A stretch of DNA of 64,000 nt, taken from NCBI GenBank assembly GCA_965200965.1, contig OZ241744.1, positions 2,528,001 through 2,592,000 of the forward strand, in the 5' to 3' direction. The stretch comes from an uncultured Candidatus Binatia bacterium. GTDB lineage: Bacteria; Desulfobacterota; Binatia; Bin18. The notes below the pieces were generated by a model. The model was not told where the DNA came from. It saw only the letters and a list, made by a program, of their open reading frames with translations, and did no database searches. The position numbers and the translations under genes are program-made. Below, piece after piece: positions 46,575-56,880 of the stretch (the first letter of the stretch is position 1; each line of letters begins with the position of its first letter).

Positions 46575-47822
46575 ATGACGACCCACACCCTCATTGGCCT
46601 GATGTCCGGCACCTCGCACGACGGGATTGACGCCGCGCTGGTTGATATCAACTCAAAGACGAACCGTCCTGACCGTTTTCAGGTTCGTCAGCGGGCCTTT
46701 CGCGCTTTTCCGTATACGCGCCCAGTGCGTGAGCGTTTATTGCGGCTCAGTCAGGGCGCTGCGGTTCAGGCCGGTGAGGTCGCCCAGGTCAATGTGCTGC
46801 TGGGCGAACTGTTTGCCAAAGCCGCGCTCAAGCTGTGTCAGGCAGCCCATATCGCCTGCGACCGCGTGATGGCGATCGGTTCACACGGGCATACGATCTA
46901 CCATCAGCCCCGTCAGCGCCCAAGCCCCGGCTCTACCCTCCAAATCGGTGAGCCGGCCGTCATTGCCGCCCGGACGGGTATCACCACGGTGGCCGATTTT
47001 CGGCCCGCCGATCTGGCAATGGGCGGAGAGGGCGCGCCCCTCGTCCCCTATGTCCACCACGCCTTGTTTCACCAGCCCCGGCGGTCGGTCGCCGTCCACA
47101 ATATCGGCGGCATCGCCAACCTAACCTATTTGCCCGCCCACCACGCGCTCGACGGCGTCCTGGCCTTTGATACCGGCCCCGGCAATATGGTCATTGATGG
47201 GGTGGTTCAGGCGGTCAGCGGGGGAAAAAAGCTGTACGACAAAGGGGGGCGTATGGCTCGCCGGGGCAGGGTCCACAAGGCCCTCTTGGCCGAACTCTTG
47301 CGCCACCCATATTTTCGACGCCGGCCGCCCAAATCCACCGGCCGCGAGGAGTTTGGTGAGCCGTATATCCGACACTTCCTCAGCCGGGCTTCAGGGCTGA
47401 CTGCCGAAGATCAGGTTGCGACAGCCACCGCGCTGACGGTCGAAAGCATGGCCCGCGCCTACCGCAACTTTGTGTGCCGAAAGACGACTCGTCCTGACCG
47501 TTCGCACAGAGAAAGAGCGGACGACTCGTCTTTGCCGGGCACGCTGGATGAGATTGTGCTGACCGGTGGCGGAAGCCTCAACCCGGTGCTGGGTGAGTGG
47601 CTGGCCGAGGCGCTACTGCACATCCGTGTGCGGCCCTCGGAAGAACTCGGATTTGACAGTCAGGCCCTTGAGGCGCTGGCATTCGCGGTGCTGGCGTATG
47701 CAACGCTCCACGGCATAGCGTCGAATGTGCGGGGCGCAACAGGCGCTCGGGCACCGGTCGTTCTGGGCAAAGTGGCCCCGGGGCGCAACTATCGCACCAT
47801 GCGACTCATCTTGTCTTCCTGA
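46575..47822 (+). CDS. anmK: Anhydro-N-acetylmuramic acid kinase
   Basis: GLMSGTS.DGID, GSHG.T, DFR..D.A.GGEGAPLVP, NIGGIAN, FDTGPGN, PKSTGRE. Confidence 0.96.
   Translation: MTTHTLIGLMSGTSHDGIDAALVDINSKTNRPDRFQVRQRAFRAFPYTRPVRERLLRLSQGAAVQAGEVAQVNVLLGELFAKAALKLCQAAHIACDRVMAIGSHGHTIYHQPRQRPSPGSTLQIGEPAVIAARTGITTVADFRPADLAMGGEGAPLVPYVHHALFHQPRRSVAVHNIGGIANLTYLPAHHALDGVLAFDTGPGNMVIDGVVQAVSGGKKLYDKGGRMARRGRVHKALLAELLRHPYFRRRPPKSTGREEFGEPYIRHFLSRASGLTAEDQVATATALTVESMARAYRNFVCRKTTRPDRSHRERADDSSLPGTLDEIVLTGGGSLNPVLGEWLAEALLHIRVRPSEELGFDSQALEALAFAVLAYATLHGIASNVRGATGARAPVVLGKVAPGRNYRTMRLILSS
47480..47533. repeat. Palindromic element family B, in frame in anmK
   Basis: 54 bp, AAAGACGACTCGTCC...GGACGACTCGTCTTT; encodes KTTRPDRSHRERADDSSL. 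Confidence 0.88.
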
Positions 47823-47863
47823 GCAAAAGCTTGGGACGATGGGTCTCGAAGGAGGGCAATCCG

Positions 47864-48949
47864 ATGCCGAAGCGCGTAGTCATTATTCCCGGCGATGACG
47901 CCGCCCCAGAGGCCATGGCACCAACGCTCGATATACTGAAAAGCCTGGCCCTCGATATGGAGTTCACCGAATTTCCAATCGGACAAGAAGGGGTCAGACA
48001 GTACGGTTCCCGACGAGATTTTCACCAGGCATTGTGCCGAGCGATTGATCAGTCTGACACGACCCTGTTCGGTTCGACAAACGGCACGACCGGTGGGATC
48101 AGCTATCTGCGCTGGGGCAAGCAGACCTATGCCAATGTGCGCCCAAGCCGTTGGCTGCCCGGTTTCCTCAGCCCGTTGAAACAGCCCGAGGGCATAGACT
48201 TGGTCATTGTGCGTGAAAACCTCGAAGACCTGTATATGGGGATTGAGGGCGACCTTGGCATGCTGTCAGCTCTGCCTGAGACGAGTGTGACTAGCTATTT
48301 GACAAGAAAACCCCTCGATACAACGCCCGCCGGTACATTCGCCATCAAGGTGATCACCGTCCACGCTACCCAACGGGTCGTCCACTTTGCCTGTGAGTTG
48401 GCCCGCAAGCGCAAAGCGCGTGGCGGCCGCGGCCTGGTCACCTGTACCAGCAAGTATAATATGCTGCGCACCAGCGACGGCTTGTTCCGACAGGTGGCTG
48501 AAGAAACGGCCAAAGCATATCCCGATATTGAGTATAACCAGTACCTTGTTGACGATTTTGCTCACCGTCTGGTGGCGAACCCGAGTCAATTTGACGTGGT
48601 GGTGATGCCAAATCTGTACGGTGACCTGCTCTCGGACGCGGCTGCCGGAACGATTGGCGGTCTTGGTTTAGCGCCCAGCGGCTGTTATGGACAGGACTAC
48701 GCCTATTTTGAGTCCGCCCACGGAACAGCCCCGGATATTGCCGGCCGCAATGTTATTAACCCGACCGCAACCCTGCTGTCGGCCGCACTGATGCTGGAAT
48801 ATCTTGGCTGGCAGGATGCCGCGGCTGGTCTTGAGGCGGCTATTGCCCGTGTGTATGCCGAGGGTAAGGTCCTCACCCCCGACCAGGGTGGCTCATCCTC
48901 AACCACCGACTTCTGTCAAGCGGTCAAAGACTGTGTTCTTGACGGCTAG
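47864..48949 (+). CDS. Isocitrate/isopropylmalate dehydrogenase family protein
   Basis: YANVRP, VRENLEDLY, PNLYGDLLSD, FESAHGTAPDIAG. Confidence 0.92.
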   Translation: MPKRVVIIPGDDAAPEAMAPTLDILKSLALDMEFTEFPIGQEGVRQYGSRRDFHQALCRAIDQSDTTLFGSTNGTTGGISYLRWGKQTYANVRPSRWLPGFLSPLKQPEGIDLVIVRENLEDLYMGIEGDLGMLSALPETSVTSYLTRKPLDTTPAGTFAIKVITVHATQRVVHFACELARKRKARGGRGLVTCTSKYNMLRTSDGLFRQVAEETAKAYPDIEYNQYLVDDFAHRLVANPSQFDVVVMPNLYGDLLSDAAAGTIGGLGLAPSGCYGQDYAYFESAHGTAPDIAGRNVINPTATLLSAALMLEYLGWQDAAAGLEAAIARVYAEGKVLTPDQGGSSSTTDFCQAVKDCVLDG

Positions 48950-49248
48950 AGACACCGCAGCGGGGTGTCTCAGCGAAAAGGTCTCACAGGTAGTCTCCCC
49001 GTCAGGACAGTCCGGGGTGGGAAAACACGAGCATCGTCCTGCTCAGGAAGAGGAGACGAGGCGTCTTTGGCCCCGTTTGATGACAATAACGTCTTGGCCG
49101 TTGACGCGCAGGGTACGGCGGTAGGCGGGGGCTTGTGGTGACGCTTTGCGGGCACGGTCTTCACGCCATTTTTTCAGCTGCTTTTCCAGATTTTTCTGAC
49201 TCACATATCCTCCTCTGAGCAGGATTGCTTGATTGCAGGATTCCCGCG

Positions 49249-50964
49249 CTAGCCGTTACTAAACGCTTCGATGCTTTTGGCCCGTTTCTCACTGCGTAAT
49301 TTCCGCAGCGCCTTGGCCTCAATCTGACGGATGCGCTCACGGGTGACGGCAAAGCGTTGGCCGACTTCTTCGAGCGTATAATCGGTTTTTTCGTCAATGC
49401 CGAAGCGCATACGCAGAATCTGCTCTTCACGAGGGGTGAGGGTGGCGAGCACCTTGCGGGTTTGCTCTTCGAGACTCAGCGCCATTGCGGCATCGGCCGG
49501 AGACAAGGTTTGGCGATCCTCAACAAAATCGCCCAGCGAGCTCTCTTCGTCATCGCCAATCGGGGTTTCCAGGGACACCGGCTCTTTCACAATTTTGAGG
49601 ACTTTACGCACCTTGTCGGCCGGGACCTCCATCTGGGCGGCGATTTCCTCAGGTGAGGGTTCGCGCCCGAGCTGTTGGACAAGATAGCGTGAGGTGCGGA
49701 GCACCTTGTTGATCGTTTCAATCATATGGACAGGAATACGGATCGTGCGGGCCTGGTCGGCAATCGCGCGACTGACCGACTGTCGAATCCACCAAGTGGC
49801 ATAGGTCGAGAATTTGTAGCCGCGTTGATACTCGAATTTTTCCACCGCCCGCATCAGACCGATATTCCCCTCTTGGACGAGGTCCAGGAAGCCCAGCCCG
49901 CGGTTGACATAGCGTTTGGCAATACTGACAACCAGACGCAGGTTGGCCTCAATTAAACGCCGTTTGCCCTCTTGGGCCTGGGCTTCGCCGCGAGCGATGC
50001 TGTAGAGCGAGCTGTGCAAGTCCTCGCTGCTGATGCTCAGCTCGGCTTCGATTTTCTGGATCTTTCGGCACGCAGTGTGGATGACCTGACTGGCGTTCTG
50101 GATTTTCTGGATCTGGGTTTTGCTCAGTTCCCCGGACCGTCTGCCCACCCGCTGCACTCCGGACTTCAGACCCCGAGCCAGAGACACGATCTCGGGGGAT
50201 TTGCGGTGGACAATTTCTTCTTGAAAACGGACCGCCCGCTGGGACTCTTCTATCAGTTCACCTACCTCTTTGAGCTTGGCTGCAATGACACCGATGTGGT
50301 GCCGCCCAAAGGGGATACTTTCCAGGGCGAGCTGTGTTTTTTCTCTCACCTCGCCCGCTTTTTTGATCGCCTTTTGCCGTTCTTTGGCTGGCAGCCGCCT
50401 GCGCTTGAGCGTCTCCAGCTTGTGCATCTCCCCGGCGATCCGTTTCAGCGAGGTCATTTTGCTGAGAAACAGCGCAATCCGCCGGTCTTCTTTGCCGGTC
50501 GCCTCAACCTCGTCGTCGCCAAAGATATAGCGGGGCTCGATGTCTTCTTGTCTGAGCTTTTCGCCCAGGGAGAGGACATAGCGCAGGGCCAGGGGCGATG
50601 AAAAGACTTCCTGCTTGATGCGTTTTTCGCCGGCCTCAATTTCTTTGGCAATCGCCACCTCTTCTTCACGACTCAGCAGCGGGATATTGCCCATCTCCTG
50701 GAGATACATGCGAACCGGGTCGGAGGTGTCTGCGATGTGCGGCTCTTCAACCGGAGCCGCCTCTTCCTCCCAGTCGTTCTCTTCCCGTTTGGGAATATCA
50801 ATGCTGATGCTATTCTCGTCGTCAAGCACATCGGCCGCTTCAACGTCTATTTCCCCAAGAATGGACATGACGCTGTCAATGTCTTCTGCTGGTGCGGCTT
50901 TCGGAACAGAAAGATTTGCCGCGGGAGTCGGCTTTTTCCTGTCGGCTTCTTTGCGTTTGTCCAT
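49249..50964 (-). CDS. rpoD: RNA polymerase sigma-70 factor, RpoD type
   Basis: [50 protein letters not shown]. Confidence 0.95.
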   Translation of the reverse strand: MDKRKEADRKKPTPAANLSVPKAAPAEDIDSVMSILGEIDVEAADVLDDENSISIDIPKREENDWEEEAAPVEEPHIADTSDPVRMYLQEMGNIPLLSREEEVAIAKEIEAGEKRIKQEVFSSPLALRYVLSLGEKLRQEDIEPRYIFGDDEVEATGKEDRRIALFLSKMTSLKRIAGEMHKLETLKRRRLPAKERQKAIKKAGEVREKTQLALESIPFGRHHIGVIAAKLKEVGELIEESQRAVRFQEEIVHRKSPEIVSLARGLKSGVQRVGRRSGELSKTQIQKIQNASQVIHTACRKIQKIEAELSISSEDLHSSLYSIARGEAQAQEGKRRLIEANLRLVVSIAKRYVNRGLGFLDLVQEGNIGLMRAVEKFEYQRGYKFSTYATWWIRQSVSRAIADQARTIRIPVHMIETINKVLRTSRYLVQQLGREPSPEEIAAQMEVPADKVRKVLKIVKEPVSLETPIGDDEESSLGDFVEDRQTLSPADAAMALSLEEQTRKVLATLTPREEQILRMRFGIDEKTDYTLEEVGQRFAVTRERIRQIEAKALRKLRSEKRAKSIEAFSNG

Positions 50965-51150
50965 AGAATCCCTATCCCTGTGGGTGTGAGTGGGCGGCAC
51001 AGTACGGATGAACGGCTCCGGTGCGAGTCCGGGCGAAGACAGGGGGCACAGAGCGTGCCCGTGGAATATTTTTGCCTGAACCGTGCAAATTTGTCAGGGA
51101 GGCTCCCCAGCCAAGCTTTACATCCTGGTCTGGGATGTAAAGTTCCCCGC

Positions 51151-51179
51151 ATCTTAAAAATGCTTGACCGAGAAGTCAA
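51151..51179 (-). promoter_or_regulatory. Sigma70-type promoter for rpoD
   Basis: TTGACT-17 bp-TAAGAT on the minus strand. Confidence 0.7.
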
Positions 51180-51230
51180 GAGACACATCCTTCTCGATTT
51201 CTTGGTGGCGGCATGGGAGGAGCGATCGAC

Positions 51231-52098
51231 TTATGGACGCGAAGTCATGCCCACGGTTCGGGCCGCACCAATAGCGGTGGCATACTCAGAGGAGGGATGC
51301 TGAAGTCCACCCTACGCCGGGGCGTGAGAGCCGCAAGCCGTTTTCTGAAGGCCTCCAGTCGGGTCAGTTTCCCGGTAAACACGATGTGTTTGGGCTGACG
51401 GGTCTGAGCCGCAAACATACTCAGGGTAAAGGTAATCCAGGCGACCATGTTGACGAGGCCCGGCTTTGTCGGCTTGAGAGGGGTCGGTCTGGAGTTTTCC
51501 AAAGTGGCTGGCGACCGCTTTGGCTGGGACAATGCCAACCGGGCCACCCGCAATGTCGCCGACGGTCAGATCAACCTGTGCCAAATCTCCCTGGGCGGCC
51601 AGTTGTTCAAGCGTATCCAGCTGGGTAATCCCGAGAAAATGGCGGGCGAGGCCGCGCAGTGCACCCCCGCCTATGCCGGTGCCGCCCAGGTGCAGGAGCT
51701 GCTCTTTCCGAACAGAAACCAGAGGAGTGCCAGTGCCAAGGGAAACGGACCAGAGCGTCCGATTTTCTGGCCACGTTACTCCCGCCTGCCCCAATCGCGG
51801 TGATTTCTGGAATCTTCACTATCAGCACACCAAAGATCTCGTCGGCTAACTGGTGGCTGCCCCCGCCGCTGATGGCAATCGTCTGAATATCGGCCAGTTT
51901 CCGGCCGGCGTTCTTCAGCAGTTTGCCCAAAGCCCCGGCCGCGGCTGCCAGCGGGTCGCTGGTTTCCAGAGTTTCAACCGGGATCGTTTGTTCAGAGGGC
52001 AGGCATGATGTCCTTTGGGTCTCTTGTGTGATCACGCTTGCCTTTTCCAGCAGAACGGCGTCAGTTGTTGAACCGCCAATATCAATGCCAACAATCAT
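51231..52098 (-). pseudogene. Type II pantothenate kinase-like gene with three frameshifts
   Basis: GIDIGGST, VSLGTG, GGTGIGGG, VDLTVGDI, ASHFGK and EYATAIGA are spread over different frames; shifts near 51748, 51460 and 51290. Confidence 0.85.
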
Positions 52099-53306
52099 AT
52101 GTCTATCCGGTACACACCGATGGTCTTTTTCCTGGCCGGATCGTAGTGCCGCCATTTTTCGGCCGGGACCTGTTCGGCCGTAACCCGCCGGAAGCCACTG
52201 CGTTCGAACAAACGCCGAGCCCCGGCCTGAGAGGTACAGGCAAACACATAGCCCAAACCAGCCGCCCGGGCCTGTTCCAGCATCGTCCCGACCAAACGGC
52301 CACCGATTCCCTCGCCCTGAAAACGGGTAATCGTATACAGCCCCGCGATTTCTGCAGCATTCTTCCTGGGATAGGGCAGCAGGGCACAGACCCCGGCCAA
52401 CTCTCCGCCGGCCGCTCCGAGACGGGCACAGTGTCCGTGGAACAGCAATTGACTGGTCTCTGTGTGGCTGCGAGGTTTGAGGCCGCCATCGCGTTCGCCA
52501 CGCCGGATCAGCCGCTCGGCTTCATAAAAGTCGTCTAATCCCAGCGGCTCTAGCCGGCAGTAATCGGTCAGGGTAAAGAGTGTCCCCTGCCCTTCATAGG
52601 TAAACAGTTCTCCCGCCACATCGGCCGGCCGACACAGCGAAACCGAGGCAACCCCACCCTCCAGGGCCGCCCGGACCGACGCCAGGACGCCCAAGTCTTT
52701 CTCTTGAACGGTGCGGACAGGCGGTGTTCCTGCCGCCCGGGATTGGTCCAGGAGTTTATTCAGCGCGGCCCCATTCATAAAAGACACGCGATTTCCTCTG
52801 ATGCAGAGACCACCGTTCGGGTCAAGGATGACGAGTTTATGGACCTTGAGACGAACGGCTAAACGTTGGGCCGGGGATTGCTCACCGACGCCAGGACGCC
52901 CAAAAGATGCATCGTCCTGTCTTCCCCTGGGACGATGCGCCTTTACCGGCCCGACGGTCCGCCTCTGAGGAGCCGGCCACAGGCCGACAAAGATCGGTGT
53001 TGTTCTGAGAACTGTCCATATGTGTTCCAAGACACTGTTTTCCTCGGCCGGCAACGCGACGAACCGGGCGGCCAGAGCGATGCGCAACAGTTCCAGCCCG
53101 GGTTGGTCCGAGTCGTCCGTTTCGATCAGAACGATCAGTCGCGTTTCGTTACGCGTCAACTGCTGGCAGACCTCGGCCATCGCCTTGACCGCTGCCGTGT
53201 CTCTCAGGTCTTCGGCCCGCAGGCTGAAAAAGAGACTCTTGCCGCAAAACTCTTTAAGGTAAAAGTCTTGTTCGATAAACGAAGCGGGCGTGAAGGTCTG
53301 GCTCAT
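52095..53306 (-). CDS. argA: Amino-acid N-acetyltransferase (ArgA-like: degenerate kinase-like domain plus GNAT)
   Basis: ELFTYEGQGT, AEIAGLY..RFQGEGIG. Confidence 0.8.
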   Translation of the reverse strand: MSQTFTPASFIEQDFYLKEFCGKSLFFSLRAEDLRDTAAVKAMAEVCQQLTRNETRLIVLIETDDSDQPGLELLRIALAARFVALPAEENSVLEHIWTVLRTTPIFVGLWPAPQRRTVGPVKAHRPRGRQDDASFGRPGVGEQSPAQRLAVRLKVHKLVILDPNGGLCIRGNRVSFMNGAALNKLLDQSRAAGTPPVRTVQEKDLGVLASVRAALEGGVASVSLCRPADVAGELFTYEGQGTLFTLTDYCRLEPLGLDDFYEAERLIRRGERDGGLKPRSHTETSQLLFHGHCARLGAAGGELAGVCALLPYPRKNAAEIAGLYTITRFQGEGIGGRLVGTMLEQARAAGLGYVFACTSQAGARRLFERSGFRRVTAEQVPAEKWRHYDPARKKTIGVYRIDI

Positions 53307-53338
53307 ATCTCAAAAGGTGAAGGAAGCTCTCTTCTCGA

Positions 53339-56300
53339 TCAGGTGGACATTCGCCTTTGTGCAAGCAGGGCTTGGGCGTCAGCCCGGGCCCGCTCGTCCC
53401 AGGCAAAGTGTATACCTGTGGACGAACGGACAAACAGGACCGCCAAGTCCTTTACAGGATAGGCGGTCAGTTGCTCAAGGGCGAGGGCATAGGCGTATAG
53501 CCCAGAGCGGCAGCGGGCGGCCTGACTTTCAGCTTGGCCGTCCGCAACAGCATCCGTCTTCAGATCAAGAATGACCCAGGCCTTGTTTTCAACAAAAGCC
53601 AGGTCGATCACGCCGTTCAGGACTATGTCCGTGTGGGGTGGGGCTTGATAATGCAGGCTGAAGGGCAGGTCGGCAAAACAGTCCTGGGCGGCGCGGGCCC
53701 TGCTCAGGAGCGGGCCGGTCAGGACGTTGCGGACGAAGCGTTGCAGGGGGGTGCCGGCGCTGACAGCAAAGGGAAGCGTGATCTCCTGTGTGTTACCACG
53801 ATTCCCCGTGCCGTCATTTGGGCGGTGGCTCGTTTTGATGCTCTGTTTCAACGCCATGCGCACGGCGCGGCCGAACTGCGGCTCTGCCCCTGGCGAGATG
53901 AATCGTCTCGTCTTCCGCTCGAAAGGTGAAGACGATTCATCTCTATCCCGAGGGTGATCAGAATCTTGGGTATGCTGGACCAGAGACTCGACGCTTAAGG
54001 TAAGCGACGATCTCTTCTCGATGAGGTGGTCTGCATTATACACGGTCTGGGGCTGTCTGCCCTGTTCTCTGATCGCCTGTTGATCGGCCTGCCAGGACTG
54101 GTAGCGCTCAAACGCGGACTGATTGGGCGGGACGGGGGGCCGCGGTCCTCCTGCGGCTGGGCGGCCGGCGGCGTGGAGAGGTGGGGGGTCTGGGGAGATG
54201 ATCGGCTTGGGTTCGGCGGCATTGAAGACCTGCCACAGGCTCTGGCCGGTGGTGCTTTCCAACTCGGGCAGCAGGGGCAAAATGAGCCGGTCGCGCGCCC
54301 GTGTTGCGGCGACATACCACAGGCGTCGCTCCTCGGCCTCCTCGCGGGCTCCCTCACGCGCCTCCGCCTCCCGCCAGCCGAGCGTATGCCAGGCCAGGGT
54401 CTGCGGACCGAGCCGCAGTTCGAGGTGCCCCCGGGGCTGGACAAGTCGGTCCCCTTCCGCCTCCTGAGGCGACGGCGGTTTGTGGCTGCGTTCGATCAGA
54501 CCGGTCCGGCTTGAGCGACCCGGGGCGAGGATTGCATCGGCAAGAATCACGACCGGAAACTCAAGTCCTTTGGCCTTGTGAATCGTCAGGAAGCGAACGG
54601 CCGGTCCATGCTCTTCTGCGACCGCCGCCTCGCCTTCCTCAGTCGCCCGGTGGTGATGAGCAAGAAAGCGGTTGAAGGCGCTCAGGCTGCGAACGCCCTG
54701 GTCAGCCAAGCTCTGGGCAAGCTCAATCAGTTTGATCAAGTTTGCCGTTCGCTGGCTCCCCTGGGGGCGGAGGGCAAACAGGGGCACGAGATGGGTCTGA
54801 TAGATATCGTACAACACCGTTGATGGGCTGCACTGCCGGGAGCGGGCGTACAGCTCGCGCAGCAACGCAAAAGCCGCTCCAAAGCGGTCCGCGTCCGGCA
54901 GCCCGGCCGGCGGGGCGTGGGTGTAGTCAAAGACTCCCCCGGCAGCGGCGAAGTGCAAGAGCGCTTCGTCTGAAAAGCCGAACAGGCACGACCGTAAGCT
55001 CGCTACCAGGGCGTTGCTGTCAGCCGGACTGTCGATGACACGCAGCAGCACACGGAGTTCCTCAACCTCGTCCCGAGTCATATACTGACGCCCGCCGAGA
55101 ATCTGATATGCGATAGCGGCACTCTGGAAGGCTTCCTCGTAGGCATCCATGGCGCGATAGGTACGGAACAGCACGGCAATGTCACCATACGCCTGGTCTC
55201 CCTGCCCGAGGCGGTGTTTGAGGAAGCCGGCCACGGTTTGGGCCTCTGCCCGGCGCAGGTCGTCACGCCCCGGCTGGGACGGCAGCAGGTCCGGGGGAAC
55301 TGGAACGGAGATGACCGTCTGTCCTTGGGCGGTCTGGCCCGTGTCTGTGCTGTGTTCTTCCTGTTCTTCGTGGCGGGTTGGCAGCAGTGGACGATAGCTG
55401 GGGGCATCTTCAGCAGTGTTGGGCGCAAACACGCGAGAAAACGTTTCGTTAATCCAGCTCAGAATTGGCGCTCGGGTCCGGAAATTGCTTGACAGGCTCA
55501 GCAGCGTTCCCTGGCTTTCGATAGTGGCCCGGACGAGATGATAGACGGCGAGATCGGCACGTCGAAAACGGTAAATGGACTGGTGTGGATCGCCGACCAG
55601 AAAAAGCTTGCCGGGTTTCAGGATAACGTGGCTCCAGGCGTGAGCCCGAGGCGTGTGTTCGGCCAAAAAGAAGATAATTTCGGCCTGGAGGGGATCGGTA
55701 TCCTGGAATTCATCAACCAGAAGAAAGTCGAATTTCTGCTGAAAATACCGGCGCACCTCCATATTGTTGGCCAGCAGGTCTCGGGTGTACAGCAGCAGGT
55801 CGGTAAAATCGAGAGACATCTGCTGGCGTTTTGCGTCGTCATACACTGCCAGATAGCCGCTCAGCCACCGGACAAGCGCAAGCGTGTGGTTATGCACCCA
55901 GGCCGCACGCGCCTTGCTGTGGGCGTCACGCAACTCGGCAAAACAACGCCGCACCTCATCCAGACGGAGGGTCGGCTGCCAGTGGGTTTTGTTGCCGACC
56001 CGCTCCGGCAACTCCAGCCGGCTGTACAGCAGACGCTCCCAAAGCGGGTCAGCGTCGCGGTCCGGCATTTGCCGGATGAGGTCCATCATCCGTACAAAGG
56101 CCCGGTCGCTCGGCTCTGTACACGCCGACCGGAGCTGAGACAAACGCCCGATGGACTGCCGAAAGCTATGCCGGAATTGGGCCAGGGGGGAGGCCAGCGG
56201 CTTGGGCAGGAGGGCCAAGCAGTCTCGCTGCTCAACAACAAAGTCACGCAAGGCCCGCAGATGGCTCAGGCTCAGACCGGCCCGGAGGGCTGTTTTCAGG

Positions 56301-56866
56301 AAAGCCGCAACGTCCTCATGTGAAGACGATGCGTATGGTCTTGCTCTTGGCGAGCGGTGAGGACGCTGCGGCTTTCTGTCCTGGCTTGACCCCATCTCTT
56401 GGGCCAGCCAGTCGCGCCAGGTTTGATCCTGGACGACCCGCCTGCCAACCCCGTCCAGGACGCTGAAATTCGGGTCGACCAACGCCTCCAGGGGCCGCTC
56501 GCGGAGTAACAGGGCGCAAAAAGCATGCACGGTCAGAATCGAGGCCCGTTCGAGTTGAAGACGCGCGGTGAGCAGATTACGCTGCTCGTCCTGGCCGAGC
56601 GGTGTGTTCAGGGCGGTGTCAATCTCGGTCCGCAACCGAATACGGAGTTCGGTCGCCGCCTTTTCGGTAAAGGTGATGGCAGCGATCCGATCCAGGCGGC
56701 TCCGACCGGTCCGAATCACCGTGAGCAGGCGTTGGAGCAGGACGCTCGTCTTGCCCGTGCCCGCCCCGGCTTCTACCAGGAAGCTGGTGTCGAGCTCACT
56801 CGCCGCCCGATCGCGCGGCTGAGCGTCACAGGCACGCGTGGTGTCCTGGTTGTCTGGGTTGCTCAT
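53339..56866 (-). CDS. addA: UvrD-like helicase/nuclease AddA
   Basis: VEAGAGTGKT, ITFTEKAA, VDEFQDT, TIHKAKGLEF, YVAATRA, GVIDL..DLK. Confidence 0.92.
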   Translation of the reverse strand: MSNPDNQDTTRACDAQPRDRAASELDTSFLVEAGAGTGKTSVLLQRLLTVIRTGRSRLDRIAAITFTEKAATELRIRLRTEIDTALNTPLGQDEQRNLLTARLQLERASILTVHAFCALLLRERPLEALVDPNFSVLDGVGRRVVQDQTWRDWLAQEMGSSQDRKPQRPHRSPRARPYASSSHEDVAAFLKTALRAGLSLSHLRALRDFVVEQRDCLALLPKPLASPLAQFRHSFRQSIGRLSQLRSACTEPSDRAFVRMMDLIRQMPDRDADPLWERLLYSRLELPERVGNKTHWQPTLRLDEVRRCFAELRDAHSKARAAWVHNHTLALVRWLSGYLAVYDDAKRQQMSLDFTDLLLYTRDLLANNMEVRRYFQQKFDFLLVDEFQDTDPLQAEIIFFLAEHTPRAHAWSHVILKPGKLFLVGDPHQSIYRFRRADLAVYHLVRATIESQGTLLSLSSNFRTRAPILSWINETFSRVFAPNTAEDAPSYRPLLPTRHEEQEEHSTDTGQTAQGQTVISVPVPPDLLPSQPGRDDLRRAEAQTVAGFLKHRLGQGDQAYGDIAVLFRTYRAMDAYEEAFQSAAIAYQILGGRQYMTRDEVEELRVLLRVIDSPADSNALVASLRSCLFGFSDEALLHFAAAGGVFDYTHAPPAGLPDADRFGAAFALLRELYARSRQCSPSTVLYDIYQTHLVPLFALRPQGSQRTANLIKLIELAQSLADQGVRSLSAFNRFLAHHHRATEEGEAAVAEEHGPAVRFLTIHKAKGLEFPVVILADAILAPGRSSRTGLIERSHKPPSPQEAEGDRLVQPRGHLELRLGPQTLAWHTLGWREAEAREGAREEAEERRLWYVAATRARDRLILPLLPELESTTGQSLWQVFNAAEPKPIISPDPPPLHAAGRPAAGGPRPPVPPNQSAFERYQSWQADQQAIREQGRQPQTVYNADHLIEKRSSLTLSVESLVQHTQDSDHPRDRDESSSPFERKTRRFISPGAEPQFGRAVRMALKQSIKTSHRPNDGTGNRGNTQEITLPFAVSAGTPLQRFVRNVLTGPLLSRARAAQDCFADLPFSLHYQAPPHTDIVLNGVIDLAFVENKAWVILDLKTDAVADGQAESQAARCRSGLYAYALALEQLTAYPVKDLAVLFVRSSTGIHFAWDERARADAQALLAQRRMST
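53895..53943. repeat. Palindromic element family B variant, in frame in addA
   Basis: Perfect 14-bp inverted repeat GAGATGAATCGTCT/AGACGATTCATCTC; related copy at 34556-34594. Confidence 0.82.
56300..56376. repeat. Palindromic element family B (long form), in frame in addA
   Basis: 19-bp arms with 1 mismatch; 56347-56375 is identical (29 bp) to 57432-57460 in addB. Confidence 0.85.
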
Positions 56867-56880
56867 CACGAGTGCCGGTG

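Noticed and set aside
48970-49164. 64-aa ORF downstream of rpoD
   Set aside because: No recognisable motif, and part of it is a family B fragment; coding status unsupported.
50970-51070. GC-rich stretch resembling a structured RNA (RNase P or 6S-like)
   Set aside because: No diagnostic conserved motifs found; best explained as the rpoD 5' leader.
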